From a virus: 64,000 bases of DNA. A program made the position numbers and the translations under genes. The stretch lies in the IMG/VR virus record IMGVR_UViG_3300030102_006951, positions 64,001 through 128,000 of that record; one strand, written 5' to 3'. The notes beneath the pieces were generated by a model. It saw nothing but the letters and a program-made list of their open reading frames with translations, did not search any database and was not told where the DNA came from. Positions 1-9,841 of this stretch are shown piece by piece (positions within the stretch are counted from its first letter, which is position 1; every line of letters begins with the position of its first letter).

Positions 1-1707
1 TGATTTATCTTTAATACCCAACCTATTTCGTTTTATGGATTTAGTTACCTTTTCAACTGCATCGTCTTGACCAATAACCCTACCTTTCAACTCTTCATTC
101 ATTGACATTAACTTTTTGGTTTCTTGTGAAGAAATCTTATTTACTGGAATACCAGTCATCATAGAGACCACCTGGCAAACAAGGTCGACATCTACTATTG
201 TTCTTTTTTTATCTAATGAGTTTAACCAATCAGCCTTTGCCGATTCTAATTCTTCGTTTACTTTTCTTTCTGAATCTCTAAGCTTTGCAGCCTCCTCATA
301 TCTTTGTTGTTTAACCACAGATATCTTATCTATATTAATCTTTTCCTTTTCTTCTTCTAGTTTTTTAATGTTTTCTGGCACATCTATTTCAATATTAGTT
401 GTTGAGCCAGCTTCATCTAAAACATCTATTGCCTTATCTGGCATGGCTCTATCTGATATATATCTATCTGCCATTTTAACACACTCTTCTATAGATTCTT
501 TAGTGTATATAACTCTATGATGGTCTTCGTATTTTTCTTTTATGTTATTTAATATAGTGATAGTTTCATCATTAGTTGGTTCATCGACCAAAACCTGTTG
601 AAATCTTCTTGTTAAGGCCCCGTCTTTTTCAACGTTTTCTCTAAACTCGTCCAGTGTTGTCGCCCCTATTATTTGTATTTCACCTCTTGCTAGAGCTGGT
701 TTAAATATGTTTGCTGCATCCATGCCGCCAGATGCATTTCCAGCACCAATTATTGTGTGTAATTCATCTATGAATAAAATAACGTTTGGGTTTACTTTTA
801 ATTCTTCCAATATGGCTTTCATTCTTTCCTCAAATTGACCCCTGTATTTTGTCCCAGCAACAATTGATGATAAATCCAGTGAGTATAATTTTTTATCCAA
901 AATAACTCTTGGGGCTTTACCCTCTTTTATTAAACTAGCTAGTCCCTCAACAATAGCTGTTTTTCCAACTCCAGGCTCACCGATTAAAACTGGGTTATTC
1001 TTTTTTCTTCTAGATAAAATCTGGGAAACACGCTTTATTTCGTCTTTTCTACCAACAACTGGGTCTAATAGACCATCTTCAGCACACTTAGATATATCTC
1101 TACAGAAGTTATCTAATATTGGTGTCTTGGTATTATATTTTTTTCCCTTTTTTTTCTGCTTATTTTTATCACTAAATAGCCCACTACCATCTTCTTCGTC
1201 ATCCATGAAAGAGGCTCTAATTTGCTCGTCTAAAGTCTTTTTATTTTTTTTCGGCTCTACATTTCCTAAATTCATAAGTTTTTCATTAAAATTATTATAT
1301 GTTATATTAAATTTATTTAATAATTTATTTAAATTTAATTTTCTATTATTTAATATGGCCAGCATTAAATGTGCTGTATCTATTACATGGTCATTTAAAT
1401 TATCGCTTTCTAACTCAACTGATTTTAATATTTTTTGAGTTTCTTCACTAAATGGTAATCTAAGCCGTCTACTTTGAGTTGTAATTATGTTTATATTCGA
1501 GTTTCTAGTGTATTCTGAAATTAAGTCATATAGCTCATTTAAATCAACATTCATTTCTATTAAAATTTTAACACACCTGTTGTTACCATTGCTTATGGTC
1601 GATAAAAGTATGTGTTCTGGCCTGACAACTTTATCATCATATGATTTTGCCTCCTCCTGAGCCTTATTCATGACTTTTTTTAACTTAGGTACTATTTCTT
1701 TTTTCAT
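1..1707 (-). CDS. clpC: ClpC/ClpB-family AAA+ chaperone ATPase (3' end runs off the window; absent from ORF track)
   Basis: Manual translation from ATG at 1707 gives MKKEIVPKLKKVMNKAQEEAK..VRPEHILL (Clp-N), LDPVVGRKDEI, RRKKNNPVLIGEPGVGKT (Walker A), AGTKYRGQFEER, LFIDELH (Walker B), GATTLDE and a UVR-like QRYEEAAKLRD. Confidence 0.95.
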   Translation of the reverse strand, partial: MKKEIVPKLKKVMNKAQEEAKSYDDKVVRPEHILLSTISNGNNRCVKILIEMNVDLNELYDLISEYTRNSNINIITTQSRRLRLPFSEETQKILKSVELESDNLNDHVIDTAHLMLAILNNRKLNLNKLLNKFNITYNNFNEKLMNLGNVEPKKNKKTLDEQIRASFMDDEEDGSGLFSDKNKQKKKGKKYNTKTPILDNFCRDISKCAEDGLLDPVVGRKDEIKRVSQILSRRKKNNPVLIGEPGVGKTAIVEGLASLIKEGKAPRVILDKKLYSLDLSSIVAGTKYRGQFEERMKAILEELKVNPNVILFIDELHTIIGAGNASGGMDAANIFKPALARGEIQIIGATTLDEFRENVEKDGALTRRFQQVLVDEPTNDETITILNNIKEKYEDHHRVIYTKESIEECVKMADRYISDRAMPDKAIDVLDEAGSTTNIEIDVPENIKKLEEEKEKINIDKISVVKQQRYEEAAKLRDSERKVNEELESAKADWLNSLDKKRTIVDVDLVCQVVSMMTGIPVNKISSQETKKLMSMNEELKGRVIGQDDAVEKVTKSIKRNRLGIKDKS

Positions 1708-1726
1708 AGATAAATTATTTAAGTCA

Positions 1727-1787
1727 AATATATAACTTTATTCTTTAAAAATCAACTATTGATTTTATTATAAATATTCTTTATATT
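1727..1787. promoter_or_regulatory. Divergent pair of sigma70-like promoters
   Basis: TTGATT-N17-TATATT on both strands: + 1759-1764/1782-1787; - 1755-1750/1732-1727. The -35 boxes form AATCAA-cta-TTGATT. Confidence 0.55.
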
Positions 1788-1815
1788 TAGTTAAGTTAAT
1801 AAATAAACAAAATAT

Positions 1816-2031
1816 ATGCAAGGAGCACCGATTTTTGGTAAAATAGAGTTATTAATTAAAGATAAGGGTGGAATTAATAAAGAAGAGTACTATGATTCTG
1901 GTATGGTAATTACTGGGAATTATATCATTATTGTTGTCAATGAAAGAGATGATGTTGAGACAACAAATTCAAGTACTGGAATAATATATAAAATGGAAGA
2001 CATAAAGTCTTACAGAACGCACGCAAAATAA
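1816..2031 (+). CDS. hypothetical protein
   Basis: ORF track; first gene after the + promoter, tightly packed with the next gene. Confidence 0.7.
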   Translation: MQGAPIFGKIELLIKDKGGINKEEYYDSGMVITGNYIIIVVNERDDVETTNSSTGIIYKMEDIKSYRTHAK

Positions 2032-2036
2032 AAATT

Positions 2037-2465
2037 ATGATTTTAGAAAGAGTAGAAAAAGATAATTTGGTAAATGTTATTTACGAGTCATCAAATATCG
2101 TAGCATCAACTTATGATAAAGCAAGGGGGGATTTAAATGTTATATTTAAGAATGGGGGTAGTTATACCTACCAAAATGTTCCGTCTACAGATTATTTTAG
2201 ATTTGAGACCGCTGATAGTCAGGGTAAAGAAATTAATAAGACAATTAAAAAATATTCATTTTTAAAACATGAGAAAGTTAATACTGACGATGTAATTAAA
2301 AAAATAAAGACCCTTAAAAACGATGAAATTAAATCTTTAGAAGTCGGTCTTGTGTCTTTAATGAAGAAAACAATAGATGATTACGAATCAAATGTTAAAT
2401 TAGTTGACCATGACATAGAAAAACTTAATAAAATGATTAATTTATTAATTAACGCTAAAAAATAA
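2037..2465 (+). CDS. KTSC-domain protein
   Basis: SSNI..YD....L.V.FKNG..Y.YQNVP...F..ADSQGK pattern typical of KTSC. Confidence 0.8.
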   Translation: MILERVEKDNLVNVIYESSNIVASTYDKARGDLNVIFKNGGSYTYQNVPSTDYFRFETADSQGKEINKTIKKYSFLKHEKVNTDDVIKKIKTLKNDEIKSLEVGLVSLMKKTIDDYESNVKLVDHDIEKLNKMINLLINAKK

Positions 2466-2469
2466 ATTT

Positions 2470-2787
2470 ATGGAAGATATTAACGAAGAGGCCAGGATAA
2501 AAATTGAGGATTTAAGAAAAAAATACGTAATATCAGATGAGGATTTAAAACTATATAAATCACAAAAGCTTTTAAAATCTTTTAAAGGTGTTACTAATTT
2601 GATGCGAAGTGAAGGGCTATACAAAACATTTAAAGGGGATTTACACTTTGAAGATATTGATGATGAAGAGTTTCATAAACTAAGGGGTTATTTAATTCAA
2701 CACATTGATTTAATGGAGTTTTATTTAAAAAATCAAATTAATAAATTAGAAAAAAATATTGATGACTATGATACAGACCAAGATTAA
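2470..2787 (+). CDS. hypothetical protein
   Basis: ORF track, operon packing. Confidence 0.65.
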   Translation: MEDINEEARIKIEDLRKKYVISDEDLKLYKSQKLLKSFKGVTNLMRSEGLYKTFKGDLHFEDIDDEEFHKLRGYLIQHIDLMEFYLKNQINKLEKNIDDYDTDQD

Positions 2788-2791
2788 AAGT

Positions 2792-3769
2792 ATGAACATA
2801 GATGAACAATACTTATCTATTGCTAAATTAATATTGGATGAGGGTATTAATAAAGAAGATAGGACTGGTACTGGTACTAAATCAATATTTTCTGCACAGG
2901 TGGTTCATAATATGTCTGAAGGGTTTCCTTTACTAACAACCAAAAAAATGTATTGGAAAGGAATTGTAACAGAATTGTTATGGTTCTTACGTGGTGATAC
3001 AAACATCAAATATCTTGTTGATAATGATTGTCATATTTGGGATGGGGACGCTTATAAGAGCTATAAAGTATGGGCTGATGATTTATCTAAAACCCATATG
3101 TATTTACCTTACACAAAAGAACAATTTATTGAGAAAATCAAAACAGATGATGAGTTCGCAAAGAAGTGGGGTGAATTAGGTCCAGTATATGGTAAGCAAT
3201 GGAGAGATTGGGGTGGTTATTTTTCAAACGGTCACTGGAATGGTCAAAATAATAGTACAGGTTTACATATTGGTGGGGTGGACCAAATCCAAAACCTAAT
3301 AGATTCGCTTAAAACAAATCCAGATAGTAGACGATTAATGGTTAACGCTTGGAATGTTGGTGAATTAGACCACATGACACTTCCCCCTTGTCATTGGGCA
3401 TTTGAGTTGTATACTGAAGAAACTGATTTAGGTAAAAGAAGGTTATCACTTAAGTGGCATCAACGAAGCGTTGATTTGCCATTAGGGCTACCTTTTAATA
3501 TTGCCTCATATGCTTTGTTATTGGAGATACTGGCCAAAGAGGTTAATATGATACCAGGTACGTTGATTGGTGATTTAACAAATGTTCACATATATAATGA
3601 CCAGATTGTAGGTATATTAGAACAACTTAATGCGAACCCATACAAATATGATTACCCAAATTTAGTTATTGGTGATAACGCAACTTGGGGTAATGATTTT
3701 TTAGTGTCTGATTTTCAACTTATAGGGTATAACAGTTACCCAAAAATTAAAATACCACTCAGTAATTAA
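2792..3769 (+). CDS. thyA: thymidylate synthase
   Basis: DRTGTGT, FPLLTTKK, ELLWFL, LGPVYGKQWR, PDSRR, LPPCH, QRSVD, GLPFNIASY, HIY. Start moved to the ATG at 2792. Confidence 0.97.
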   Translation: MNIDEQYLSIAKLILDEGINKEDRTGTGTKSIFSAQVVHNMSEGFPLLTTKKMYWKGIVTELLWFLRGDTNIKYLVDNDCHIWDGDAYKSYKVWADDLSKTHMYLPYTKEQFIEKIKTDDEFAKKWGELGPVYGKQWRDWGGYFSNGHWNGQNNSTGLHIGGVDQIQNLIDSLKTNPDSRRLMVNAWNVGELDHMTLPPCHWAFELYTEETDLGKRRLSLKWHQRSVDLPLGLPFNIASYALLLEILAKEVNMIPGTLIGDLTNVHIYNDQIVGILEQLNANPYKYDYPNLVIGDNATWGNDFLVSDFQLIGYNSYPKIKIPLSN

Positions 3770-3783
3770 AAATTTTAAAAGTA

Positions 3784-3921
3784 ATGATTATTAATATAAT
3801 ATTATTCATACTCGGTTTATTTTTATTTCATACCTATGTTTATCCCATCATAGATGGTTTCATAGACGGATATAGGGATGCCAAAAACGGAAGACCGTAT
3901 AATGATAAAGAAGAAGAATAG
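3784..3921 (+). CDS. small membrane protein (45 aa)
   Basis: Manual translation MIINIILFILGLFLFHTYVYPIIDGFIDGYRDAKNGRPYNDKEEE; hydrophobic N-terminus. Confidence 0.55.
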   Translation: MIINIILFILGLFLFHTYVYPIIDGFIDGYRDAKNGRPYNDKEEE

Positions 3922-4043
3922 TTACTAATTTAATACACTTAAACTTTAACTACATTAATAAATTAACGATATCTACATTATTAAAAAGCGCTAATAAAAT
4001 TATAAATAAAGGCAGATAAATGTCTTTTTTTTCTTTTCTTGGT

Positions 4044-4051
4044 ATATTTAT
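4044..4051 (+). promoter_or_regulatory. ATATTTAT candidate late promoter (first of about 13 positioned copies)
   Basis: Also on + at 4625, 11455, 15621, 17754, 18513, 21903, 50113, 53499, 63806, and on - at 26188-26195, 29742-29749, 50091-50098. Mostly 22-32 nt before the start codons of structural-module genes. Confidence 0.65.
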
Positions 4052-4075
4052 AATAAAAAAGAAACTAATTAGTTT

Positions 4076-4336
4076 ATGGCAGTTAATAGAAGAATAGCTT
4101 CAGTAATAAGGCGTTGGGATAATGCTGATTTCAATGAGCACAAATATACTATAGTATATGCTAGTAGGGATTCAGAAGCAATCATCAATGGTGAAGAGGT
4201 TTTTTTAGTTGCTACAACTCAATTAGATTTTAATGTTAGTAGTATTAGTGCTAACACAAATAATGTATATGTGTTAGGTGATAACTCTAATGTTGTTGAA
4301 GGTACAGCAACACTTAGTCATTACCCTAACCCTTAA
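4076..4336 (+). CDS. small beta-rich protein, paralog of the next gene (possible virion protein)
   Basis: Shares VYA..EA.ING..V, YV.GD..NVV.G..TLSHY.NP with 4350-4604. Confidence 0.7.
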   Translation: MAVNRRIASVIRRWDNADFNEHKYTIVYASRDSEAIINGEEVFLVATTQLDFNVSSISANTNNVYVLGDNSNVVEGTATLSHYPNP

Positions 4337-4349
4337 AAAAAATATTGTT

Positions 4350-4604
4350 ATGCCTTTAAAGAGTGGAGTTTATACAGTAATAGATTCAGCAGCTACTGCT
4401 AATTTTGATGAAAACACATATAATAAAGTTTATGCTGGGTCAAATACAGAAGCCGTTATAAACGGTACTACTGTTAATATGACTGGTGGTTCAACTATAG
4501 ATATTGCTGTTAGAAGCATAAGTGGTACAGATATTTACGTTATAGGTGACCCTAAAAATGTGGTTGATGGGCCACAAACGCTTAGTCATTATATTAATCC
4601 ATAA
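4350..4604 (+). CDS. small beta-rich protein, paralog of the previous gene
   Basis: Start moved to ATG 4350 (MPLKSG) so that it aligns with its paralog. Confidence 0.7.
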   Translation: MPLKSGVYTVIDSAATANFDENTYNKVYAGSNTEAVINGTTVNMTGGSTIDIAVRSISGTDIYVIGDPKNVVDGPQTLSHYINP

Positions 4605-4649
4605 TAACTTTGCAAAAAAAGATAATATTTATTAATAAAGTCAATTAAG

Positions 4650-5450
4650 ATGAAAAATAGAAACATTATAAAACCAACTGGTTTAAAAGGAAAAGAAGTT
4701 ATAAACAGAATGAGAGAACTTATGCGTTCTACATCAATTAACGAAGATGTTAAGGGTTCTGTTGTTGAGTTAACTAAAGAAGGTCCAGATGGTAAGGTTT
4801 ATGCAGTCATAAGAGAAAATCAAGAATACTACATTAAGGTATCTGAAAATAAAAGTAATCTAGTAACTGAAGATTTTAACTACATCGGTGGGTTACAAAA
4901 TAAGAAGGATAAGTCGTATCCATCTTACGCTAAAGCTATTAAACACCTAAATCTTAAATTTATGAGTCTTAATGAGGCTATTGGTAAATCTGGTCAAGTA
5001 AATGTATTTGAAGATGATAATTTAATCACAGAACATCACCCACTTAAGGCTGATATGAAATTGTCTGCTGAAAAGGGTATTGGTGATGGTGCTGAGTATG
5101 TGGTTGACAAGGATGGTGCTGAATTAAAATATGATTCTAAAGAAGGTAAAGAAGAAGACGGTTTCGGTGATAACGTTGCTGATTCTACTGCTAAAAAAGA
5201 TATCGAGGAAGTTAAGTTGAATGAGACTGAAGCTGCTATCGATGAAATGATTACTGATGAAGAAGTAATTGAAGAAGAAATTAAAGATGAAAAACCTAAA
5301 AAAGGGTTTTCAATCTCTAGAGCCATTCAAGAAATGGATGAGGTGATTGATTCACTTGCTACAGAAGACGATAAGGTTGATGAAATACTTGAATCTCTTA
5401 GTGAGGAAGAAAGAGCTATCATGATGGAGGCTTTAAAAAAAAAAGATTAA
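4650..5450 (+). CDS. acidic head-associated protein; ends in a slippery sequence
   Basis: Several INE/LNE/ITE motifs, ATATTTAT upstream, ends TTA AAA AAA AAA GAT TAA. Confidence 0.7.
   Translation: MKNRNIIKPTGLKGKEVINRMRELMRSTSINEDVKGSVVELTKEGPDGKVYAVIRENQEYYIKVSENKSNLVTEDFNYIGGLQNKKDKSYPSYAKAIKHLNLKFMSLNEAIGKSGQVNVFEDDNLITEHHPLKADMKLSAEKGIGDGAEYVVDKDGAELKYDSKEGKEEDGFGDNVADSTAKKDIEEVKLNETEAAIDEMITDEEVIEEEIKDEKPKKGFSISRAIQEMDEVIDSLATEDDKVDEILESLSEEERAIMMEALKKKD
5432..5444 (+). other. candidate programmed -1 ribosomal frameshift site
   Basis: T TTA AAA / A AAA AAA heptamers. The -1 frame is open from here (KRLNSNDSSVNE) into the ATG at 5477. Confidence 0.55.
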
Positions 5451-5476
5451 ATAGTAATGATTCATCTGTAAATGAG

Positions 5477-7045
5477 ATGAAGCACGATGATAAATCTACA
5501 GGTCTTTTTTCTGATGAAGAAGAAGGATATAATCTAGAGGAGGAGACTAAATATAAACTGAAGCTGGGCGCAAAAAGCGAACCAGCTTCTTCTGTTTCTG
5601 ATGATGAGGAAGAGTCTTTAGACGTTTTTGATGATGCGGAAGGTGGTGATGAGTTGTCTTTCGGTGATGATAAGGATGCTAAGGGTGATAATGATAAGCC
5701 ATTCGATGATGAACCATTTGATGCTGGAGTTGAGGCTGATGAGGGTGAGGACCCAGAAAAATTTATACAACAACTTGCTGGTAAATTAGGTACATCTCTT
5801 AGGAAGTATAATGACGAGAGAGGTGAACCAGATTTTGATTTAGAAAAATATGCTATTAATAGTGTAATATCTGCTACTCATACGGCTGAAATGGATGAAG
5901 AAGACCAAAAAGATATTATTAAGAAAGTTAAGATGTCTGGTGCTGGTGATGATAATGATGATGTTGACAAAGACTTAGACATGAGTTCTGAAGAAGAGCC
6001 TGAATCGGAAAAAGAATTAAATGAAAAATTTTTAGGTAAATTAAAAAACTTTTCTGCTGGAGTATTGGCAACGTTGGGTATTCAAGAGTATGGATGGAAG
6101 ATTTTTAACAGCATAACTAGTATAATAGCTAACAAATTACCAGAAGATAAAGCGCAAGAATTTTCGGACACAATTCAAAGTGCTGTAGATTACTTGGTAA
6201 ACTCAAATTTTGTTGGTGAAGGCTATACTGATAATGAACTTGATGAATTATTTAAAAAAAAATTAAGTAAGGATACTATTGAGTTACAAGGTGATGAGAT
6301 TAATAGATTAAAAAAAAAGTTTCCAGGTATAACTGATAAGGAAATTGCGGATATGTTATTAGACCCAAAAGCTAAGGCTGACGGAATTACTAGTGATGTT
6401 TTTTTGACTAGAGAGTATGATTTGGGGGAAGGTTATTACGAGGAGTCTTGGTCGGACCCAATGGAGTTAAAAGAGGGTACTGAGATTTCTGATGATTTGA
6501 GGTATCACCTAGATAATAATATTTCTTTAGGTGAGAGTGTATTTAGATATGGTTCAGATAAGTATGTTGAATTGTGTAGTGAGGTTAAGGATTTAAGAGA
6601 AAAAGAATTAATTAATCTTAATGAAAATGATGAGAAGTTACTTGAAGATTTTACTAATCAATCTATTATTATAGAGGGTGAAACAATTCTTTTAAACCTT
6701 ATTATTGAAGATAATGGTGAATATATTTTAGAGGGTGATAAGTACAAGGGTAAAAAAACCAATTCACCAACTAGGGGTGCTGGTGGTGGAAAGGCGTATA
6801 AGGTATTTGTACCTGGATGTGCCAAAGAAACTAAGTCAAATCCAAGAGGTATTAAAAAAATAACATTCGGTTCTGGTGGGCTAAAGGCTAAATTAACTAA
6901 TAGTGAGGCTAAGAAATCTTATAATGCTAGACACGGTTGTTCTAAAGGTAAACATAACGATAAGTGTAAGGCTGGATACTGGTCATGCAGATTACCTAGA
7001 TATGCTAATAAGCTAGGTTTGTCTGGTGGTGGTACTTGGTGGTAA
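5477..7045 (+). CDS. modular head-associated protein (acidic N-terminal part, basic Cys/His C-terminal module)
   Basis: C-terminal KKITFG..KKSYNARHGC..KAGYWSC module of the kind seen in small T4-like phage proteins; many xxE motifs. Confidence 0.65.
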   Translation: MKHDDKSTGLFSDEEEGYNLEEETKYKLKLGAKSEPASSVSDDEEESLDVFDDAEGGDELSFGDDKDAKGDNDKPFDDEPFDAGVEADEGEDPEKFIQQLAGKLGTSLRKYNDERGEPDFDLEKYAINSVISATHTAEMDEEDQKDIIKKVKMSGAGDDNDDVDKDLDMSSEEEPESEKELNEKFLGKLKNFSAGVLATLGIQEYGWKIFNSITSIIANKLPEDKAQEFSDTIQSAVDYLVNSNFVGEGYTDNELDELFKKKLSKDTIELQGDEINRLKKKFPGITDKEIADMLLDPKAKADGITSDVFLTREYDLGEGYYEESWSDPMELKEGTEISDDLRYHLDNNISLGESVFRYGSDKYVELCSEVKDLREKELINLNENDEKLLEDFTNQSIIIEGETILLNLIIEDNGEYILEGDKYKGKKTNSPTRGAGGGKAYKVFVPGCAKETKSNPRGIKKITFGSGGLKAKLTNSEAKKSYNARHGCSKGKHNDKCKAGYWSCRLPRYANKLGLSGGGTWW

Positions 7046-7057
7046 AATATAATTGAT

Positions 7058-8497
7058 ATGGATAGGTTACAAAATTATATGTTTTTTGAGAATCTAGAGC
7101 AAATCTCTAGAGATATTAATAAAATAATGTCCTTGGATAAGGAGCAAATTGATTCTATAATAACTAATGGGCATGACTGGGCTGGTGAACATATAACAAC
7201 AGCTAAAGATGATATTGAAGAGGTTACTAATTTTTTATTAAGTAATACTAAAGAAAATAAACCATACGGTGAAGAAATTGATGAGAACGGTATCATTAGA
7301 AGAACTTTCTATGAGAATGTCGATGAATCTGAACTAGAGTGGCATAGAGATAAAGAAGATAGAATCGTTCTTCCTATTAATGAAAATGATTGGTCAATTC
7401 AATTTGATAATGAATTACCTAAGAAGTTAAATGTAAACGAAGAGTTCTTTATACCAAAAGAAACTTTTCATAGAGTTATTAAAGGTTCCACAGACTTAGT
7501 TGTTGAAGTTATAGAAACTGAATTCGAAGAGGATGAGTATGAGCTTATTGAAGTATATGAAACTTATGAAGTTATAGAAGAGGGTAAAAAGAAAAAAAAG
7601 AAGAAAAAAAAGAAAAAGAAGTCGGAAGCTAAAAAAGATGCTTGCTATTATAAGGTTAAGGGTAGATATGAGGTTTGGCCTTCAGCGTATGCCTCTGCTG
7701 CGTTATCAAAATGTAGAAATGTTGGTGCCGCTAACTGGGGTAATAGTACTGATGAATCTGAATTAGATGAAGCTAAGAAAAGAAAACTAACAGCTAAACC
7801 AAGTTCTGAAAAAAACCTAGGCGACTGGTTCGCTAGAAAAGGTGGTGGTTGGGTAGACTGTAACACTTGTAGAAAGGATTCTAAGACTGGCAGAAAGAAA
7901 TGTAAACCTTGTGGTAGAAAAGAAGGTGAGAAAAGAGCTAAGTACCCAGCTTGCAGACCAACACCAGCCGCTTGTTCCACAAAGGGCAAAGGAACAAAGT
8001 GGGGAAAGAAGTCTAAGAAGAATGAAAGTTTGGATAATTCAGAAAAAAATCATATATTTGACGAAAATTCAAATATGAAGGATATTATATTACATAATTT
8101 ACATGAAACGACTAAACCAACTCCAGTTAGAGAAGAACCAGCGGTTGTTCCAGAAAGGGAGAAGTCACCATCACCAAGAAGGAGAAGGATATGGGAAACT
8201 AAACCATCTGTTAAGCCGAATCCTAAAATGGAGGAGGGTAAGATAGTTAACACTTTGGAATTAAATGACCTTGAGGCTAAATTAGACGTCATTATTGATG
8301 GCAAACTGGTTAAAAACATTAGTTTTGAAAATACTGGAGAATGTGTAGTTGAACCTATGGCCTATGATGAAGAGTGGGTTTACAGTTATGTCGGAGAACA
8401 TAATGGTAAAGAATATTCAGTTGGTGTGGGCTTTTTTGGTCACCCAGATTATAACTTAGAGATTTCAGATATTGGAGATTATGTAGAGGAATTATAA
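7058..8497 (+). CDS. modular protein: helical module, cupin-like module, poly-Lys, Cys-rich basic modules
   Basis: WHRD..IPKETFHRVIKG (cupin-like); K12 run; KKDACY..WPSAYAS; GGGWV..KPCGR..YPACRP. Confidence 0.65.
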   Translation: MDRLQNYMFFENLEQISRDINKIMSLDKEQIDSIITNGHDWAGEHITTAKDDIEEVTNFLLSNTKENKPYGEEIDENGIIRRTFYENVDESELEWHRDKEDRIVLPINENDWSIQFDNELPKKLNVNEEFFIPKETFHRVIKGSTDLVVEVIETEFEEDEYELIEVYETYEVIEEGKKKKKKKKKKKKSEAKKDACYYKVKGRYEVWPSAYASAALSKCRNVGAANWGNSTDESELDEAKKRKLTAKPSSEKNLGDWFARKGGGWVDCNTCRKDSKTGRKKCKPCGRKEGEKRAKYPACRPTPAACSTKGKGTKWGKKSKKNESLDNSEKNHIFDENSNMKDIILHNLHETTKPTPVREEPAVVPEREKSPSPRRRRIWETKPSVKPNPKMEEGKIVNTLELNDLEAKLDVIIDGKLVKNISFENTGECVVEPMAYDEEWVYSYVGEHNGKEYSVGVGFFGHPDYNLEISDIGDYVEEL

Positions 8498-8919
8498 TGG
8501 AAGAATTATATTTAATATACGTTAATAGAATAGGTGAGGATTGGACAGGCAAACATCTTTATGAGTTTTTATTTTCAGAAACTACTGAGAATGTAGATGG
8601 TGATGATTGGGATGCTTATCCAGCTTCTGGTAGACCGTCACCACCTAATGGTGGGTTTGTTAAGAAGGTCGGTAAATTAGTGTCTGACGAATTAAAATTT
8701 AAACTAATTCAAAATAGTTCTGAGTTTGCAGTTTGGGATGCCGTTGATGGTGTTATTGCATTGGCTTGGGAAGATATGGAGGATTATGATGATTATCCAG
8801 AAAATAGAGTTGCATTTCATTTTGGTGATTCTATTAAGGATGTAGAGGATAAATTATATGAACATGATTTAGTTCTAGAATATAACATTGCAACAAAAGA
8901 AGTAAGTAATGAGGATTAA
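8497..8919 (+). CDS. hypothetical phage protein
   Basis: ORF track; stop/start overlap with the upstream gene. Confidence 0.75.
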   Translation: MEELYLIYVNRIGEDWTGKHLYEFLFSETTENVDGDDWDAYPASGRPSPPNGGFVKKVGKLVSDELKFKLIQNSSEFAVWDAVDGVIALAWEDMEDYDDYPENRVAFHFGDSIKDVEDKLYEHDLVLEYNIATKEVSNED

Positions 8920-9841
8920 GAAAAAAAATGTTGGTGAAAACATAGATAAAGCTAAAGAATACGCTAAAGATAGTGTTGATAGACTTAAAACAGATTTAGA
9001 ACCAGTTTCAAAGGAAATTGAACAAGGTATTAAAGATATAACTGATAACCCAAAAACTGCAAGCACTATAGCTAAAAAAATGGCTGCTTCAGCAATAGAT
9101 AAGGCTTATAGTGATGTTAATGAAGCTGTCAATGGTAAACATACTGTTGAGTATCACAGTGACAGGACAGATGAAACACCTTTTATTATTAATGGTATTA
9201 AGTGGCAATATGTTAATGCTATTTATCCAGATGGTAAAAGAGATATAGGTGTTTACAGATTTGACCATGATTTGACTTATGATTTTAAATGGTTCATGGA
9301 TGAGGTTGTACCTAAACCAGCTAATTATGTCGTTATGGATGAATCTGTAGTGTCTGAGGCCATGTCAGACATTTCAGATACTAGAGAGAGTGTTAGTATG
9401 TTTGATTACGCTTGGCACTCTAATTTGAGTAGTATGATATCCGATAAGCTTGATGAGTTTGGTGTTCCGCATGAATTAAATGAACTTATCATTAGTAATT
9501 TGTCTAGTGCAATTTGGGATTCTTATCATGAGTATAGAAGAGACAATGGCGGTGATATAGATGAAAATGAGGATAGAATAGCTTCAGACGCAATAAAACA
9601 AGGTATTAAACAAGGTGAGGTTGGTGATTCTGAATACGATGAATATCAGACACTACTTAGGAGTCTTGCGGCAGATAGTAAAGAGATAGAAAATGACAAC
9701 AAAGAAACAAATGATTTACCATTTGAATCTATTAAGCCAAAAATGACTAAGAGTGAGTTGGTTGAGAGTATTTTGAAAAATTCAATTAAGAAAAGAAAAG
9801 TTATAAAAACAATTAGTGTTAAAAATTTAAGAAATGAGTAG
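8909..9841 (+). CDS. hypothetical head-region protein
   Basis: ORF track; contains VNE/VSE/LVE motifs. Confidence 0.7.
   Translation: MRIKKKNVGENIDKAKEYAKDSVDRLKTDLEPVSKEIEQGIKDITDNPKTASTIAKKMAASAIDKAYSDVNEAVNGKHTVEYHSDRTDETPFIINGIKWQYVNAIYPDGKRDIGVYRFDHDLTYDFKWFMDEVVPKPANYVVMDESVVSEAMSDISDTRESVSMFDYAWHSNLSSMISDKLDEFGVPHELNELIISNLSSAIWDSYHEYRRDNGGDIDENEDRIASDAIKQGIKQGEVGDSEYDEYQTLLRSLAADSKEIENDNKETNDLPFESIKPKMTKSELVESILKNSIKKRKVIKTISVKNLRNE

Noticed and set aside
116-1438. + strand ORFs 116-520 and 1127-1438
   Set aside because: Antisense shadows of clpC, which the track missed because it runs off the window.
4008-4032. Terminator after the thyA block
   Set aside because: The stem is weak (7 bp with G-U and mostly A-U pairs), so it was not listed as a feature.
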